NCBI GenBank assembly: GCA_965242695.1
Contig: CBDESU010000002.1
Location: forward strand, 960,001 to 1,024,000
Direction of reading: 5' to 3'
Length of the DNA: 64,000 bases
Origin: Cenarchaeum sp.
GTDB taxonomy: Archaea > Thermoproteota > Nitrososphaeria > Nitrososphaerales > Nitrosopumilaceae
Notes under the pieces: model-generated
What the model was told of the DNA's origin: nothing
Database searches by the model: none
The model's input: only the letters and a program-made list of their open reading frames with translations
In this document: positions 28,551 to 38,083 of the stretch, piece by piece
Numbering within the stretch: position 1 is the stretch's first letter
How the letters are laid out: each line of letters opens with the position of its first letter
Translations under genes and position numbers: made by a program

Positions 28551-28611
28551 GGTCAGCTAAGTTTGACCTACCGCCGGCCCCAAAACTGACCTGAGAATTG
28601 AAAACCTTATA
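28551..28611 (+). promoter_or_regulatory. nrdJ promoter with candidate operator
   Basis: GGTCA-N8-TGACC at 28551-28568, extra TGACC at 28587-28591, BRE/TATA-like GAAAACCTTATA at 28600-28611. Confidence 0.55.
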
Positions 28612-28644
28612 CGCGGCCGTTTGGCCGGCCCGCTTGCGATCCCC

Positions 28645-31338
28645 ATGGGAAGTTCCACCGTTGAGAGCAGCATCGTCAAAATCAAGAAGCGCAGCGGCTC
28701 GGTCGTCAGCTTTGACGCCTCCAAGATCTCCGGGGCCATCTTCAAGGCCCTGGCCGCCATGTCCAAGCCCGACCGCTCCCTGGCCGACGAGCTGGCCTCT
28801 AGCGTCGTCAGCAAGCTGGCCCTCAAGAACTTCACGGCCTACAACCCCCCCAGCGTCGAGGACATACAGGACATGGTAGAGTCGACGCTCATCGAGAGCG
28901 GCCACAGCGAGATCGCCAAGGCGTACATACTGTACAGGGCCGAGCGCCGCCACGTCCGCGACGAGAAGCTAAAGGTCCTCAACGCAAAGGCCCTCGACCC
29001 CGTCTCGAAGGACTTTGACCTGTCGTGCCTGCAGGTGCTCGCCTCGCGCTACCTGCTCCGCAACGAAAAGAACGAGATCAGGGAGACGCCGTCCGCGCTG
29101 TTCGGGCGCGTCGCGACCCTCGTCGCGCTCGGCGACCTGCTGTACGACCCCGAGCTGTACTCGGCGGCCGGCGGGCACGAGCAGGACGCCGGCGAGGCCA
29201 GGGCGTACCTCTCAAAGCTCGACGGGTTCGACGGCAAGTTCGCAATCGGGCCGCACGTCCTCAACAAGTACCACTTTAGGTCGCTCATAAACCACTACAT
29301 CTACCTGGCCTCGGGCGGCCGCATGAGGGTCGGCTTCAAGGAGCTGCTCACGTCGCTGGCGTCTAAGGGGTTCGAAAAGTACGCCGAGAGGATAGACGAG
29401 TACTATGCGCTGATGACCTCGCAGGTGTTCCTGCCCAACTCGCCGACGATGATGAACGCCGGCGGGAGGCTCGGCCAGCTGTCGGCCTGCTTCGTCCTCG
29501 GGATGCCCGACGACATGGAGGGAATAATGAAGTCGACGTCGGACGCGGCCCTGATATTCAAGAGCGGCGGCGGCGTGGGGATAAACTACTCGGACCTGCG
29601 GCACGAGGGCGACATCGTCGCATCCACGTCCGGCGTCGCGTCCGGCCCCGTCTCTTTCATGAACATCATAAACACCGTGACCGAGGTCGTAAAGCAGGGC
29701 GGCAAGCGCAGGGGCGCGAACATGGGTATAATCGAGGCGTGGCACCCGGACGTCGAGAAATTCATCACGAACAAGACGAGCCCCGGCGTCCTGGAGAACT
29801 TCAACGTCAGCGTCGGCGTGTGGGAGGACTTTTGGGCCGCCCTTGTCGGCTCGCCAGAGGGCAAGTACATGCTCAGGGACGCGCGCACGAGGGCGCCCGT
29901 CCGCGAGGAGAGCGCCCACCAGGTGCTCGACCTTATCGCGCTGTCGGCGTGGAAGAGCGCCGAGCCGGGCCTCATCTTCTTCGATCAGATCAACAAGTAC
30001 AACGTGATGGCAAAGGCGAGGGGGGGGCCGCTACGCTCGACGAACCCCTGCGGCGAGCAGAGCCTGTACCCGTACGAGTCGTGCAATCTGGGCTCGATAA
30101 ACCTGGCAAGGCTGGTGACCCGCACGGCCGACGGCGGGTACGCGTTCGACTGGCAAAAGTACGAAGAGACCATACGCAAGACGACGAGGTACCTGGACAA
30201 CATAATCGACGTCAACCTGTACCCCATACCCGAGATCGACGAGGCATCAAAGGAGTCGCGCCGGATAGGCCTCGGCGTGATGGGCGTCGCCGACCTGCTG
30301 TACAAGCTGCGCATCCCGTACAACTCGAAGGAGAGCTACGACCTCCAGTCGAAGCTCGCCGAGGCCCTCACGTACTTTTCAATGGAGGAGAGCGTCGAGC
30401 TTGCGCGCACGCGCGGCGAGTTCCCGCTGTGCCCGCAGACAGAGTACCCCGAGGGCAAGATTCCCGTGGCCGGCTACTACGAGCGCCCGCGCGAGTCGCA
30501 CACGTACGACTGGGACGCGCTCATCGAAAAGATCAAGAAGCACGGCATACGCAACGTCCTGACGACGACGGTCGCGCCGACCGGGACGCTGTCGATGCTG
30601 GCAGGCTGCTCTAGCGGAATGGAGCCGAACTTTGCCCTGTCGTACGAGAAGCGCGTGACGGTCGGCAAGTTCTTCTACACGAACAAGATCGTAGAGGAGG
30701 CGCTCATGGAGCAGGGCCTGTACACGGACGATCTAGCATCCAAGATCGCCGAGAACTACGGCTCGGTGCGCGGGATAGAGGAGGTGCCGGAGTGGATGCA
30801 GAAGGTGTTCGTGACCGCGATGGACATTCACTGGTCGGACCACCTGCTAGCGCAGGGCGTATGGCAGGAGTGGATCGGCAACGCGATCGCAAAGACGATC
30901 AACATGCCGTACGACGCGTCCGTCACGGACGTAAAGGCCGCCTACCTGCTCGCGCACGAGCTCGGCCTAAAGGGGATCACCGTCTACAGGGACGGCTCGC
31001 GCCACACGCAGGTCCTCAACATGGCGAGCGAGAGCGCCGAGAAAAAGTTCGACGTGGAGCCGAGCGAGCACGTAGTGTCGTACGCGTCCGGCCTGCTCGA
31101 GAACTCGTACGTCAAGGAGCAGGTCTCGGCGGCCCTGAGCGTAAGGCCGTCGGCGCAGGCGGCCGCTGCAGCGGCCGCGGCCGCGGGCGGCGGCGAGACC
31201 ATCGCCGCCGAGCACGTCTCGGTAGACGCAAAGACCGAGGGGCGCAGGCGCTGCCCGTCGTGCAACAGCGACATGGTCTTCGCCGAGGGGTGCAGCATGT
31301 GCATCGACTGCGGCTTTAGCGGCTGCTCGTCGGCGTAG
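28645..31338 (+). CDS. nrdJ: Adenosylcobalamin-dependent (class II) ribonucleotide reductase with N-terminal ATP-cone
   Basis: IKKRSG..V.FD..KI ATP-cone; PNSPT.MNAG, QLSACFV, GGKRRGANM, TNPCGE, ESCNLGSINL, APTGT, KGITVYRDGSR; C-terminal Zn finger. Confidence 0.97.
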   Translation: MGSSTVESSIVKIKKRSGSVVSFDASKISGAIFKALAAMSKPDRSLADELASSVVSKLALKNFTAYNPPSVEDIQDMVESTLIESGHSEIAKAYILYRAERRHVRDEKLKVLNAKALDPVSKDFDLSCLQVLASRYLLRNEKNEIRETPSALFGRVATLVALGDLLYDPELYSAAGGHEQDAGEARAYLSKLDGFDGKFAIGPHVLNKYHFRSLINHYIYLASGGRMRVGFKELLTSLASKGFEKYAERIDEYYALMTSQVFLPNSPTMMNAGGRLGQLSACFVLGMPDDMEGIMKSTSDAALIFKSGGGVGINYSDLRHEGDIVASTSGVASGPVSFMNIINTVTEVVKQGGKRRGANMGIIEAWHPDVEKFITNKTSPGVLENFNVSVGVWEDFWAALVGSPEGKYMLRDARTRAPVREESAHQVLDLIALSAWKSAEPGLIFFDQINKYNVMAKARGGPLRSTNPCGEQSLYPYESCNLGSINLARLVTRTADGGYAFDWQKYEETIRKTTRYLDNIIDVNLYPIPEIDEASKESRRIGLGVMGVADLLYKLRIPYNSKESYDLQSKLAEALTYFSMEESVELARTRGEFPLCPQTEYPEGKIPVAGYYERPRESHTYDWDALIEKIKKHGIRNVLTTTVAPTGTLSMLAGCSSGMEPNFALSYEKRVTVGKFFYTNKIVEEALMEQGLYTDDLASKIAENYGSVRGIEEVPEWMQKVFVTAMDIHWSDHLLAQGVWQEWIGNAIAKTINMPYDASVTDVKAAYLLAHELGLKGITVYRDGSRHTQVLNMASESAEKKFDVEPSEHVVSYASGLLENSYVKEQVSAALSVRPSAQAAAAAAAAAGGGETIAAEHVSVDAKTEGRRRCPSCNSDMVFAEGCSMCIDCGFSGCSSA

Positions 31339-31410
31339 CCAAGGGCGGCCGGCGTATGTGGCGGCGGCAGGGCCGCACGACTTTTTTACGGACGGCCGGC
31401 GGCGCGGCGC

Positions 31411-32679
31411 ATGGACAGGCGGACCGTGTCCGTAGCCGCCGCGGCAGCAGCGGCTGCGGCCGCAGCGGCCGCGATTGCGGTCGCGGGCATGCCGGGCGGC
31501 GGGGTGGCAGTGGAGCCGTCGGCGCCGGACGGGACTCCCGGGCCGGGCGGCGATGGCTCGGCGCAGCCGGCCGCCGCCGCGGCGCGGCCCGACCCAAAGC
31601 TCGGCATCATCGTCAACACGCCGCGCGCGGCCGTGACGCTTGCCGACCTGGACGCGGCGCACGCAAAGGCCGCCTCGGCGGGGGCCGGGCGCGGCAACGT
31701 CTACATGTTCTGGGACCGCCTCGAGCCCGAGCGCGACGCGTACGAGTGGGCGCAGTACGACGCCGTAATGGCCCTCCACGAAAAGCACGGCATGAACGTG
31801 ACGCTGTACTTTTCGCTCGTCAACGGCAAGACGCTCGGGCCCTTCCCGCCGTGGATAGGCAACCCGAGCCTGCTGTCGGTGCCGACCGGCCACCTCGTCG
31901 ACGCCGTCGATGCCGTACTTGGCAGGTACCACATCGTCGACTCGGTGGTGATAGCCGGCGATGCCGACGAGCACTTTAGGCACCGCGAGCGCGACATCCC
32001 GCTGTACGAGGCCGTGTTCTCCGAGTTCTACAACGCGACAAAGGCGGCGCACCCCGGGGTCGCCGTCGGTAACGCGTTCTCGCTCAACAACGCCATCGAC
32101 AAGGACCTCGTCGACACGGTGCGCCGCCTGTCGGTCGGCGACTTTGCGGCGTTCACGTACCGCCCGACCGATCCGCTCAACGAGATCAACCGCACGCCCG
32201 AGCAGGCCCGCGCGGACCTCGACCGCATGCGCGGGATGGTCCCGAACGGGACGGCCGTGGCCCTGCTCGAGGCCGGATGGGCCACGTCCGAGGCCGTCGC
32301 CGGCTCGGAGTCCGACCAGGCCGCGTTCGCCGACATACTGTACGGGTACTATGCCGACAACGCCGACGCGGTCCAGTTCGTCACGTGGTACCGCCTGTAC
32401 GACAGGCCGGCCGGCTCGTGCGCGATCGACGAGGAGGATTTGGACGAGTCGATGGAGTCGGGACTTGCCGACAGCAGGTTCGTATTAGAGCGGCTCGGCG
32501 AGTACGTGTGCAGCGCGGGGCTGCTCGGCGCGGACGGGGCGGAAAAGCCGGCATGGGAGCGCGTGTCCGCGCTCGTGCACTCGTCGGGGGCGGGAGCGGG
32601 CGCCAGCGGCGCGCCGGCCGCGGCCGACAGGACGATCGATGCGCCCGCGCCGGCGGGCCCTGGATCGGCGGCGCTGTAG
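31411..32679 (+). CDS. Secreted glycoside-hydrolase-like TIM-barrel protein
   Basis: Signal anchor; W..LEP....Y.W..YD, LLEAGWAT, GL....G.EKPAW clan-A-like motifs. Confidence 0.65.
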   Translation: MDRRTVSVAAAAAAAAAAAAAIAVAGMPGGGVAVEPSAPDGTPGPGGDGSAQPAAAAARPDPKLGIIVNTPRAAVTLADLDAAHAKAASAGAGRGNVYMFWDRLEPERDAYEWAQYDAVMALHEKHGMNVTLYFSLVNGKTLGPFPPWIGNPSLLSVPTGHLVDAVDAVLGRYHIVDSVVIAGDADEHFRHRERDIPLYEAVFSEFYNATKAAHPGVAVGNAFSLNNAIDKDLVDTVRRLSVGDFAAFTYRPTDPLNEINRTPEQARADLDRMRGMVPNGTAVALLEAGWATSEAVAGSESDQAAFADILYGYYADNADAVQFVTWYRLYDRPAGSCAIDEEDLDESMESGLADSRFVLERLGEYVCSAGLLGADGAEKPAWERVSALVHSSGAGAGASGAPAAADRTIDAPAPAGPGSAAL

Positions 32680-32682
32680 GCC

Positions 32683-33438
32683 ATGCTGTCGCTGATACTC
32701 GCAGAGTCGGCCGTCGAGATCATACCAGAGTCGATTCGGGATCATCCGGCCGTGGTTTCGTCGTCGCGCAGGTTCGGGCGCAGCCCAGCCTCGACCCTGC
32801 TCGATGTTTCGTGGCACCATGCCGCAATGGGGCGGCTTGGAGCTGATCGCCGCCGGCGCGGCCGGCCCGACATTGCGCACTCTGCGCTGCTCGCCGCGAC
32901 GGGCACGCCTCTGTACGCGGCTGGCCGGCTCGCCGTGTACGTGCACACGGTGCGCGACGTTGCGATACGGGTCGGGCCGGGAACGCGCCTGCCAAAGTCG
33001 CAGCTGCGGTTCGCCGGTCTGGTCGGCGGCGTCCTTGCGGGAAGGGGCGCTGGCGCCGCATCCGCGGACGGGGAGGACGGGCGGCCGCTGCTCGAGGCCA
33101 GGCCGATGGAACTCGAGCAGCTCGTCGGCGAGATCGGCCCCGCCCTGACCGTGGGCATGTCGCGCAGCGGCGAGCCGGGCACGCTCGAGGGGGTGGCAGC
33201 GCAGCTGGCCGGAGCGGAGGGAGGGGAGGCGGCCGGCAAGGGCGGGGGAGGAGGGCCCGCGGGCGCCTGCCTGCTCGTCGGCGGATTCCAGCGCGGCGGG
33301 TTTTCCAGGCGAACGGCCTCCCTGCTCGACAGGACCGTCAGCGTGGGGACTGCCGGCCTCGAGGCGCACGTGGTCGTCTCGCGCGTACTCTACGAGTACG
33401 AAAAGGCGCTCGGTTCGGGGCCGGGCGCCGGGGAATGA
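32683..33438 (+). CDS. nep1: rRNA small subunit pseudouridine methyltransferase Nep1/Emg1
   Basis: LILAES..E.IP, LLD.S.HH.AM, RGRPDI.H..LL, VYVHT, R.PK...RF.GL, VGGF..G.F. Confidence 0.93.
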   Translation: MLSLILAESAVEIIPESIRDHPAVVSSSRRFGRSPASTLLDVSWHHAAMGRLGADRRRRGRPDIAHSALLAATGTPLYAAGRLAVYVHTVRDVAIRVGPGTRLPKSQLRFAGLVGGVLAGRGAGAASADGEDGRPLLEARPMELEQLVGEIGPALTVGMSRSGEPGTLEGVAAQLAGAEGGEAAGKGGGGGPAGACLLVGGFQRGGFSRRTASLLDRTVSVGTAGLEAHVVVSRVLYEYEKALGSGPGAGE

Positions 33439-33551
33439 CGGCGCCGGCGCCTCCGACGCCGGCGGAGGCAGGGGATCCCGCCTAGGCATGCGCACGCGCG
33501 GGCCGGCCCTTCGATGACCGTTTTTATGGTGTCCTCCTCCATGCCCGCTAG

Positions 33552-33628
33552 GCGGTCATAGTATAGTATGGTTAGTATACTGGCTTTCCAAGCCAGTCAC
33601 CCGGGTTCAAATCCCGGTGACCGCACCA
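33552..33628 (+). tRNA. tRNA-Gly (TCC)
   Basis: Acceptor stem GCGGTCA/TGACCGC, anticodon arm CTGGC-TTTCCAA-GCCAG, T-loop GGTTCAAATCC, encoded CCA. Confidence 0.97.
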
Positions 33629-33865
33629 ACCATCTTGCTCCTGCGGGGCGGGCGCGAGGCCTCCTCCAGCCGAGCGGCCGGCCGGCCGGCGGGCGTTTGC
33701 CTCGCCCATGCCGAGTGTCCGCAGCCCTCCTGCACCGCCGCGGCGCAGCCTTGGGCGCCGCCGGCCGCACGCCCGCACGCCGGCTATGCCGCCCCCACCG
33801 CGCCCGCGCCCGCCGCCGCGGCCCCCCGCTAGATGGTTTATAATGACCGGGGCCGCGGCCCCGGC

Positions 33866-34318
33866 GTGGCAAGGGTTCCCGACGCGCCGCCCGATGCGCT
33901 GATCGCGCGGCTTGCCGACACGCTGCGCGGCGAGGGCATACCGGCCCCGGCCTGGACGCCGTTCGTAAAGACCGGCGTGCACGCGGACAAGCCGCCCCAG
34001 GACAGGCAGTGGTGGCACACCCGGTGCGCATCGCTGCTGCGCAAGATCTACGTGCACGGCCCCATCGGGATCAGCGGCCTGCGCGACGAGTACGGCGGGG
34101 GCAAGCCGCGCGGCTACGGCGCGGCGCACCACCGGCCGGCCGGCGGGGCCATCATTCGGGCGGCCGTCCACGGGCTGGAAAAGCTTGGGTACGTCGAAAA
34201 GTCGGGCCGGAAGGGCCGGATCGTCACTAGCGAGGGGGCGCGCAAGCTGGACCGCATGGCCACCGAGATCGTCAAGGAGATGGCCGCGGACAACCCGAGG
34301 CTCAAGATATACGCGTGA
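33866..34318 (+). CDS. rps19e: 30S ribosomal protein S19e
   Basis: P.W..FVKTG...KPP...WW..RCASLLRKIY..GP.G...L...YGG, GR. Confidence 0.96.
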   Translation: MARVPDAPPDALIARLADTLRGEGIPAPAWTPFVKTGVHADKPPQDRQWWHTRCASLLRKIYVHGPIGISGLRDEYGGGKPRGYGAAHHRPAGGAIIRAAVHGLEKLGYVEKSGRKGRIVTSEGARKLDRMATEIVKEMAADNPRLKIYA

Positions 34319-34324
34319 TCTGCG

Positions 34325-34657
34325 ATGAGCGGCGCAGACCTGGGGCCACGCGACCCAGCCGGATACGCGGCGGGAGGCGACCCGGGGATGGGCGGGGGCG
34401 CCGCGCCGCCCTTGGACGCCAACGAGATCGCGATGCAGAGGGAGACCGTGCTGCGGCAGATACTCGACCCCGCGGCCAGGCTGCGCCTGAACAACGTGCG
34501 CATGGTCCGGCCCGAGGTGGCCGCCTCGCTCGAGAACCAGCTGATAACGCTCGCCGCGCAGGGGCGCCTTGGCGCGCAGATCACCGACGACCAGCTGAAG
34601 CAGATGCTAATGTCCATGAGGCAGCCCAAGCGCGACTTCAAGTTCAGCCGCAGGTAG
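34325..34657 (+). CDS. PDCD5-like DNA-binding protein
   Basis: LRQILDPAARLRLNNVRMVRPE.A..LENQLI.LA..G...ITDDQLK..L; usual neighbour of rps19e. Confidence 0.93.
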   Translation: MSGADLGPRDPAGYAAGGDPGMGGGAAPPLDANEIAMQRETVLRQILDPAARLRLNNVRMVRPEVAASLENQLITLAAQGRLGAQITDDQLKQMLMSMRQPKRDFKFSRR

Positions 34658-34918
34658 GATACGGGGCGCGGCGCCTACCGAACAATGCATGGACACCTTC
34701 AAGTAGTATGGGGGCAACCCCGTGGCAATGAGGGCAAAGAGCGCAGAGGCGGAGCCGCCGCATCCCCTGGGCATCGCGGCCCGGTCGTTCCATAGGCGGC
34801 GGCATGCGGCAGGGGGCGGGGGCGCCGGGGGCCCGCACGGCGCAGAGGCGCATGCCTTTTGCCCGGAAAACCGGCGCGGCGGCATCCGGACGGCGCGATC
34901 CCCGCGCCCTGCGAGGCC

Positions 34919-35701
34919 ATGAACCTCCTCGCGTTCGGCATTATTGCCGCCATGCCCCTCCTGACCGTGCTCGCCCTCAACTTTGAGGCGATGCACGGCT
35001 ACTACGCGTACTCGCTGCCGGTAGCCGGGTCGACGATGGATGTCTACATACCGTACTACATGATGGCGCTTAGGGAAGACTTCAACTACAACGTCCACTT
35101 TTTCTTCTCGGGGGGCCTGGATGTAAGTCACTGGCCCATGTCTGAGGTGGATGCCGTGAGGTCGTTTACCATCAGCAACATCACGATGATCGACAGCGAG
35201 ACGATAAAGGTCGATTTTGCAGACAACGACTATACCATAACGCGCTCGAAGACCGGCCAGTCGTTCAAGCCCGTGCCCGAATTCTCGCACACCGAGACGA
35301 TCAGGGTCAACCAGACGTTCGTCGTGACGTGCATCAACCTCCCGGCGTCCTGGCTGCGCGAGGAAGAGGCCGACAACTCCACGGGCCTGGCCATCTTTCA
35401 GTACAGGGGACTCGAACTGCACAACGTGACCGAGGTACGCCAGTTTCTGCCCGCCGCCGGCCACGACTCACCAGAGGGGGAGTCTGCCGCGCCCGGAGGC
35501 CCAACCTACACGGAAAGCCGGATAACGCTGGATCCGCCCAAAGAGCTGCTCACGCACAAGTTCCTGTTCATGTCGGGAGGCACGAACGGCAGGATAGAGT
35601 GCGACTTTCCCCAGATCATCGAGCATACGATCGACTCGAAGAGGATCGGGCCCGACTACATCCGGGACGTCGGCAGCGAGCTGTACGAATGGTACAGGTA
35701 G
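34919..35701 (+). CDS. Secreted/membrane hypothetical protein
   Basis: N-terminal hydrophobic segment; several NxT/S sequons; Cys pair. Confidence 0.7.
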   Translation: MNLLAFGIIAAMPLLTVLALNFEAMHGYYAYSLPVAGSTMDVYIPYYMMALREDFNYNVHFFFSGGLDVSHWPMSEVDAVRSFTISNITMIDSETIKVDFADNDYTITRSKTGQSFKPVPEFSHTETIRVNQTFVVTCINLPASWLREEEADNSTGLAIFQYRGLELHNVTEVRQFLPAAGHDSPEGESAAPGGPTYTESRITLDPPKELLTHKFLFMSGGTNGRIECDFPQIIEHTIDSKRIGPDYIRDVGSELYEWYR

Positions 35702-35785
35702 CGGGCGGACGGCGGGGCGTGGTGGGCGAGCCTCGCGTGGCCTGGCATACATCCGGGACGGGCCGGCGGGGCGATTCGTGCCGCC

Positions 35786-36622
35786 CTATCCTGCACCGGG
35801 ACGCGCCCGCCCTCCCGTTCCGCATGCCTGTTCAACTCGCCTTGCGATGCCCTTGACGTACCCCGGCATGCGGCCGGCCGGGACCACCTCGCAGTTTTTG
35901 TCCTTGAGGTGCCCCGCCGCCTGTTCGTACATCTCCCGCCCCTTTGGGTCACCGTCGTCGGGGGGTGGATCCACGATGGCCGCGCACTCTAGATCGGCCG
36001 TCTTGGACGCCGCATCCTCGTAGTCTACGGCCAGCACCTTGGCATCCTCTAGCGCCCGCCCTGGTTGCGCCGCAAACAAGAGCGCATGCAGGGCGACGGC
36101 GCCGCTCCCAACGCGGAAGGCGCGATCCGGCTTGAAGACGCCCCTCAAGCCGGCAAACTCAGGCCACAATATTGCCGCCTCTTCGCCCATACCGCTCCGC
36201 GCCGCCTCGGCGTCGATTTCCCAGAGCGGCCGCGTCTTTGCCGCAGCGCTGTCCGGCGCCAGTTCATCATCGGCGGGCTCGGCCACATAGATGTCATACA
36301 CCATGCGCAGGGCATCCTTCTGCGTGGGGGCAGTGACCGCGCGCGGCGACGTAAACCGTAGCGAGTATGTGTGCATGTCTGCCAAGCGAGCCAAGTCGTC
36401 GACGCCACCAGGCATGTCGCCGACTTGGATGGACCCTACGATATCCTCTATGTCCCGTAGATTCGCCCCGGGACATCTCGGCTTCAGGCCCCGCAGGTCG
36501 TCCATAAACCGGTGTGCCGTCTTGCCCGTGTCCGGGTCGACCACGATGATGCCGATGCTGACCGCCTCGTTCTTTATCATATCGGGAACGAATCAGGACA
36601 CGGTGTAGCTGTACGTGCCCAT
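35786..36622 (-). pseudogene. DUF3037-like protein interrupted by an in-frame TGA
   Basis: Reads MGTYSYTVS*FVPDMIKNEAVSIGIIV; TGA at 36593-36595 falls where the family motif Y..R.VPD...E..N.G has Arg (CGA>TGA). Confidence 0.7.
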
Positions 36623-36970
36623 TATGCGCCATCCCCGTTGTCCGCCGCCGGCGCCGCCCGCCCGGCGGGGATCGGCCCGCCGCCGGCGCCGCCCGCCCGG
36701 ACCGAGCGCCCGCCCGCCGCCGCACCTAGCCCCATGCGGCGCGGCCCAATGGCGGCCATAACTATGTAGCGCCTCGAACGGTGGAGCTGCCCTCCTGCAC
36801 GGCCCCGGGAGGAGCCGGGCGGCACGGGGGGGGGGGGGTGCGGGAGCCGAGGGGCGGGATCGCGGCTCCTCCGCCGCCGCCTCGGCCCCCCGCCGCCGCG
36901 CGCGGCAGGCGTGATCCCTCCACGCCTAAAGCCCGACGATTATAAGGGGCCGCCGGCGGGCGCCGCCCGT

Positions 36971-38059
36971 ATGAAGGCCGTCGTGTACGACGAGTACGCC
37001 CCCGACGACGACTACAAGCGCATCCTGCACGTGCGGGACATTGACGACCCCAAGCCAAAGGCCGACGAGGTCGTCTTCACCGTAAAGGCAGCCGCCCTCA
37101 ACTACAACGACATCTGGGGCATGAGGGGGCAGCCGGTGGCCGTCCCGCTCCCGCACGTGTCCGGCTCGGACGCGGCCGGCGACGTGATCGCCGTCGGCGA
37201 GGACGTGCGCGACATAAAGGTCGGCGACAGGGTCGTGTCGCACTCTAACATGGCGTGCCGCGTGTGCACGGCATGCACCGACGGCCGCGAGTTCGACTGC
37301 ACGAGGAGGACGATATGGGGCTTCCAGACCGGCCCGACATGGGGCGCGTACTCTGAGATTACGCACCTCCCAGAGGTCAACGTCTCAAAGGTGCCAGAGG
37401 GCGTCTCTTACGAAGAGGCCGCGGCCGCATCCATGACCATATTGACGGCCTGGCACATGCTCGTCGGCAGGGCGCGCATACGCCCCGGCCAGACCGTCCT
37501 GATCATGGGGGGCGGCTCGGGCGTGGGCAGCTTTGGCATACAGATCGCAAAGCTGTACAACTGCGACGTCATCGCGACGGCGAGCCCCGACAAGCTCGAC
37601 AAGTGCCTCGAGCTCGGCGCCGACTATGCCGTCGACCACCGCAAGGACGACTGGCACAAGGAGGTGCGCTCGATATCAAAGGGGATTGCAAAGAAAAAGG
37701 GCGAGGCGCCGGGCATCGACATCTCGTTCGACCACATCGGCGAGACGCACTGGAACAAGCAGCTGACGCTGCTAAAGTACGGCGCGACGCTCGTCTCGTG
37801 CGGGGCCACGACGGGATACGATGCAAAGACAGACCTGCGCCACATATTCTTCAAGGGGACCAACATACTCGGCTCTACGCAGGGGACAAAGGCCGAGCTC
37901 GACGAGGGCCTGTACTGGATGGGCCAGGGCAAGATAAAGTCGGCGATCGACTCTAGGTACACGTTCGAGCAGGCCGCCGAGGCGCACACCAAGATGCTCA
38001 CGGGCAAGGGCCTGTTCGGAAAGATCATCATGACGCCCGACGGCCAGGCCGCATCCTAG
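36971..38059 (+). CDS. Zn-binding alcohol dehydrogenase/quinone oxidoreductase (MDR) family protein
   Basis: AAALNYND, GSDAAG.V..VG, C..C..C.......C Zn site, GGGSGVG NAD(P) motif. Confidence 0.93.
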   Translation: MKAVVYDEYAPDDDYKRILHVRDIDDPKPKADEVVFTVKAAALNYNDIWGMRGQPVAVPLPHVSGSDAAGDVIAVGEDVRDIKVGDRVVSHSNMACRVCTACTDGREFDCTRRTIWGFQTGPTWGAYSEITHLPEVNVSKVPEGVSYEEAAAASMTILTAWHMLVGRARIRPGQTVLIMGGGSGVGSFGIQIAKLYNCDVIATASPDKLDKCLELGADYAVDHRKDDWHKEVRSISKGIAKKKGEAPGIDISFDHIGETHWNKQLTLLKYGATLVSCGATTGYDAKTDLRHIFFKGTNILGSTQGTKAELDEGLYWMGQGKIKSAIDSRYTFEQAAEAHTKMLTGKGLFGKIIMTPDGQAAS

Positions 38060-38083
38060 GCCGCCCCATCGGCGGTAGCGGCG

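Noticed and set aside
33552-33628. tRNA-Gly as integration site of a mobile island
   Set aside because: No duplicated tRNA 3' end noticed and no integrase; flanked by core genes.
34658-34790. Possible ncRNA or rpl39e after PDCD5 (GGG-GCAA-CCC tetraloop, GTAGG/CCTAC stem)
   Set aside because: No L39e-like translation found and short hairpins are expected by chance at this GC.
36593-36595. Selenocysteine recoding of the in-frame TGA
   Set aside because: The aligned residue is Arg, not Cys, and no SECIS is evident; a CGA>TGA mutation is simpler.
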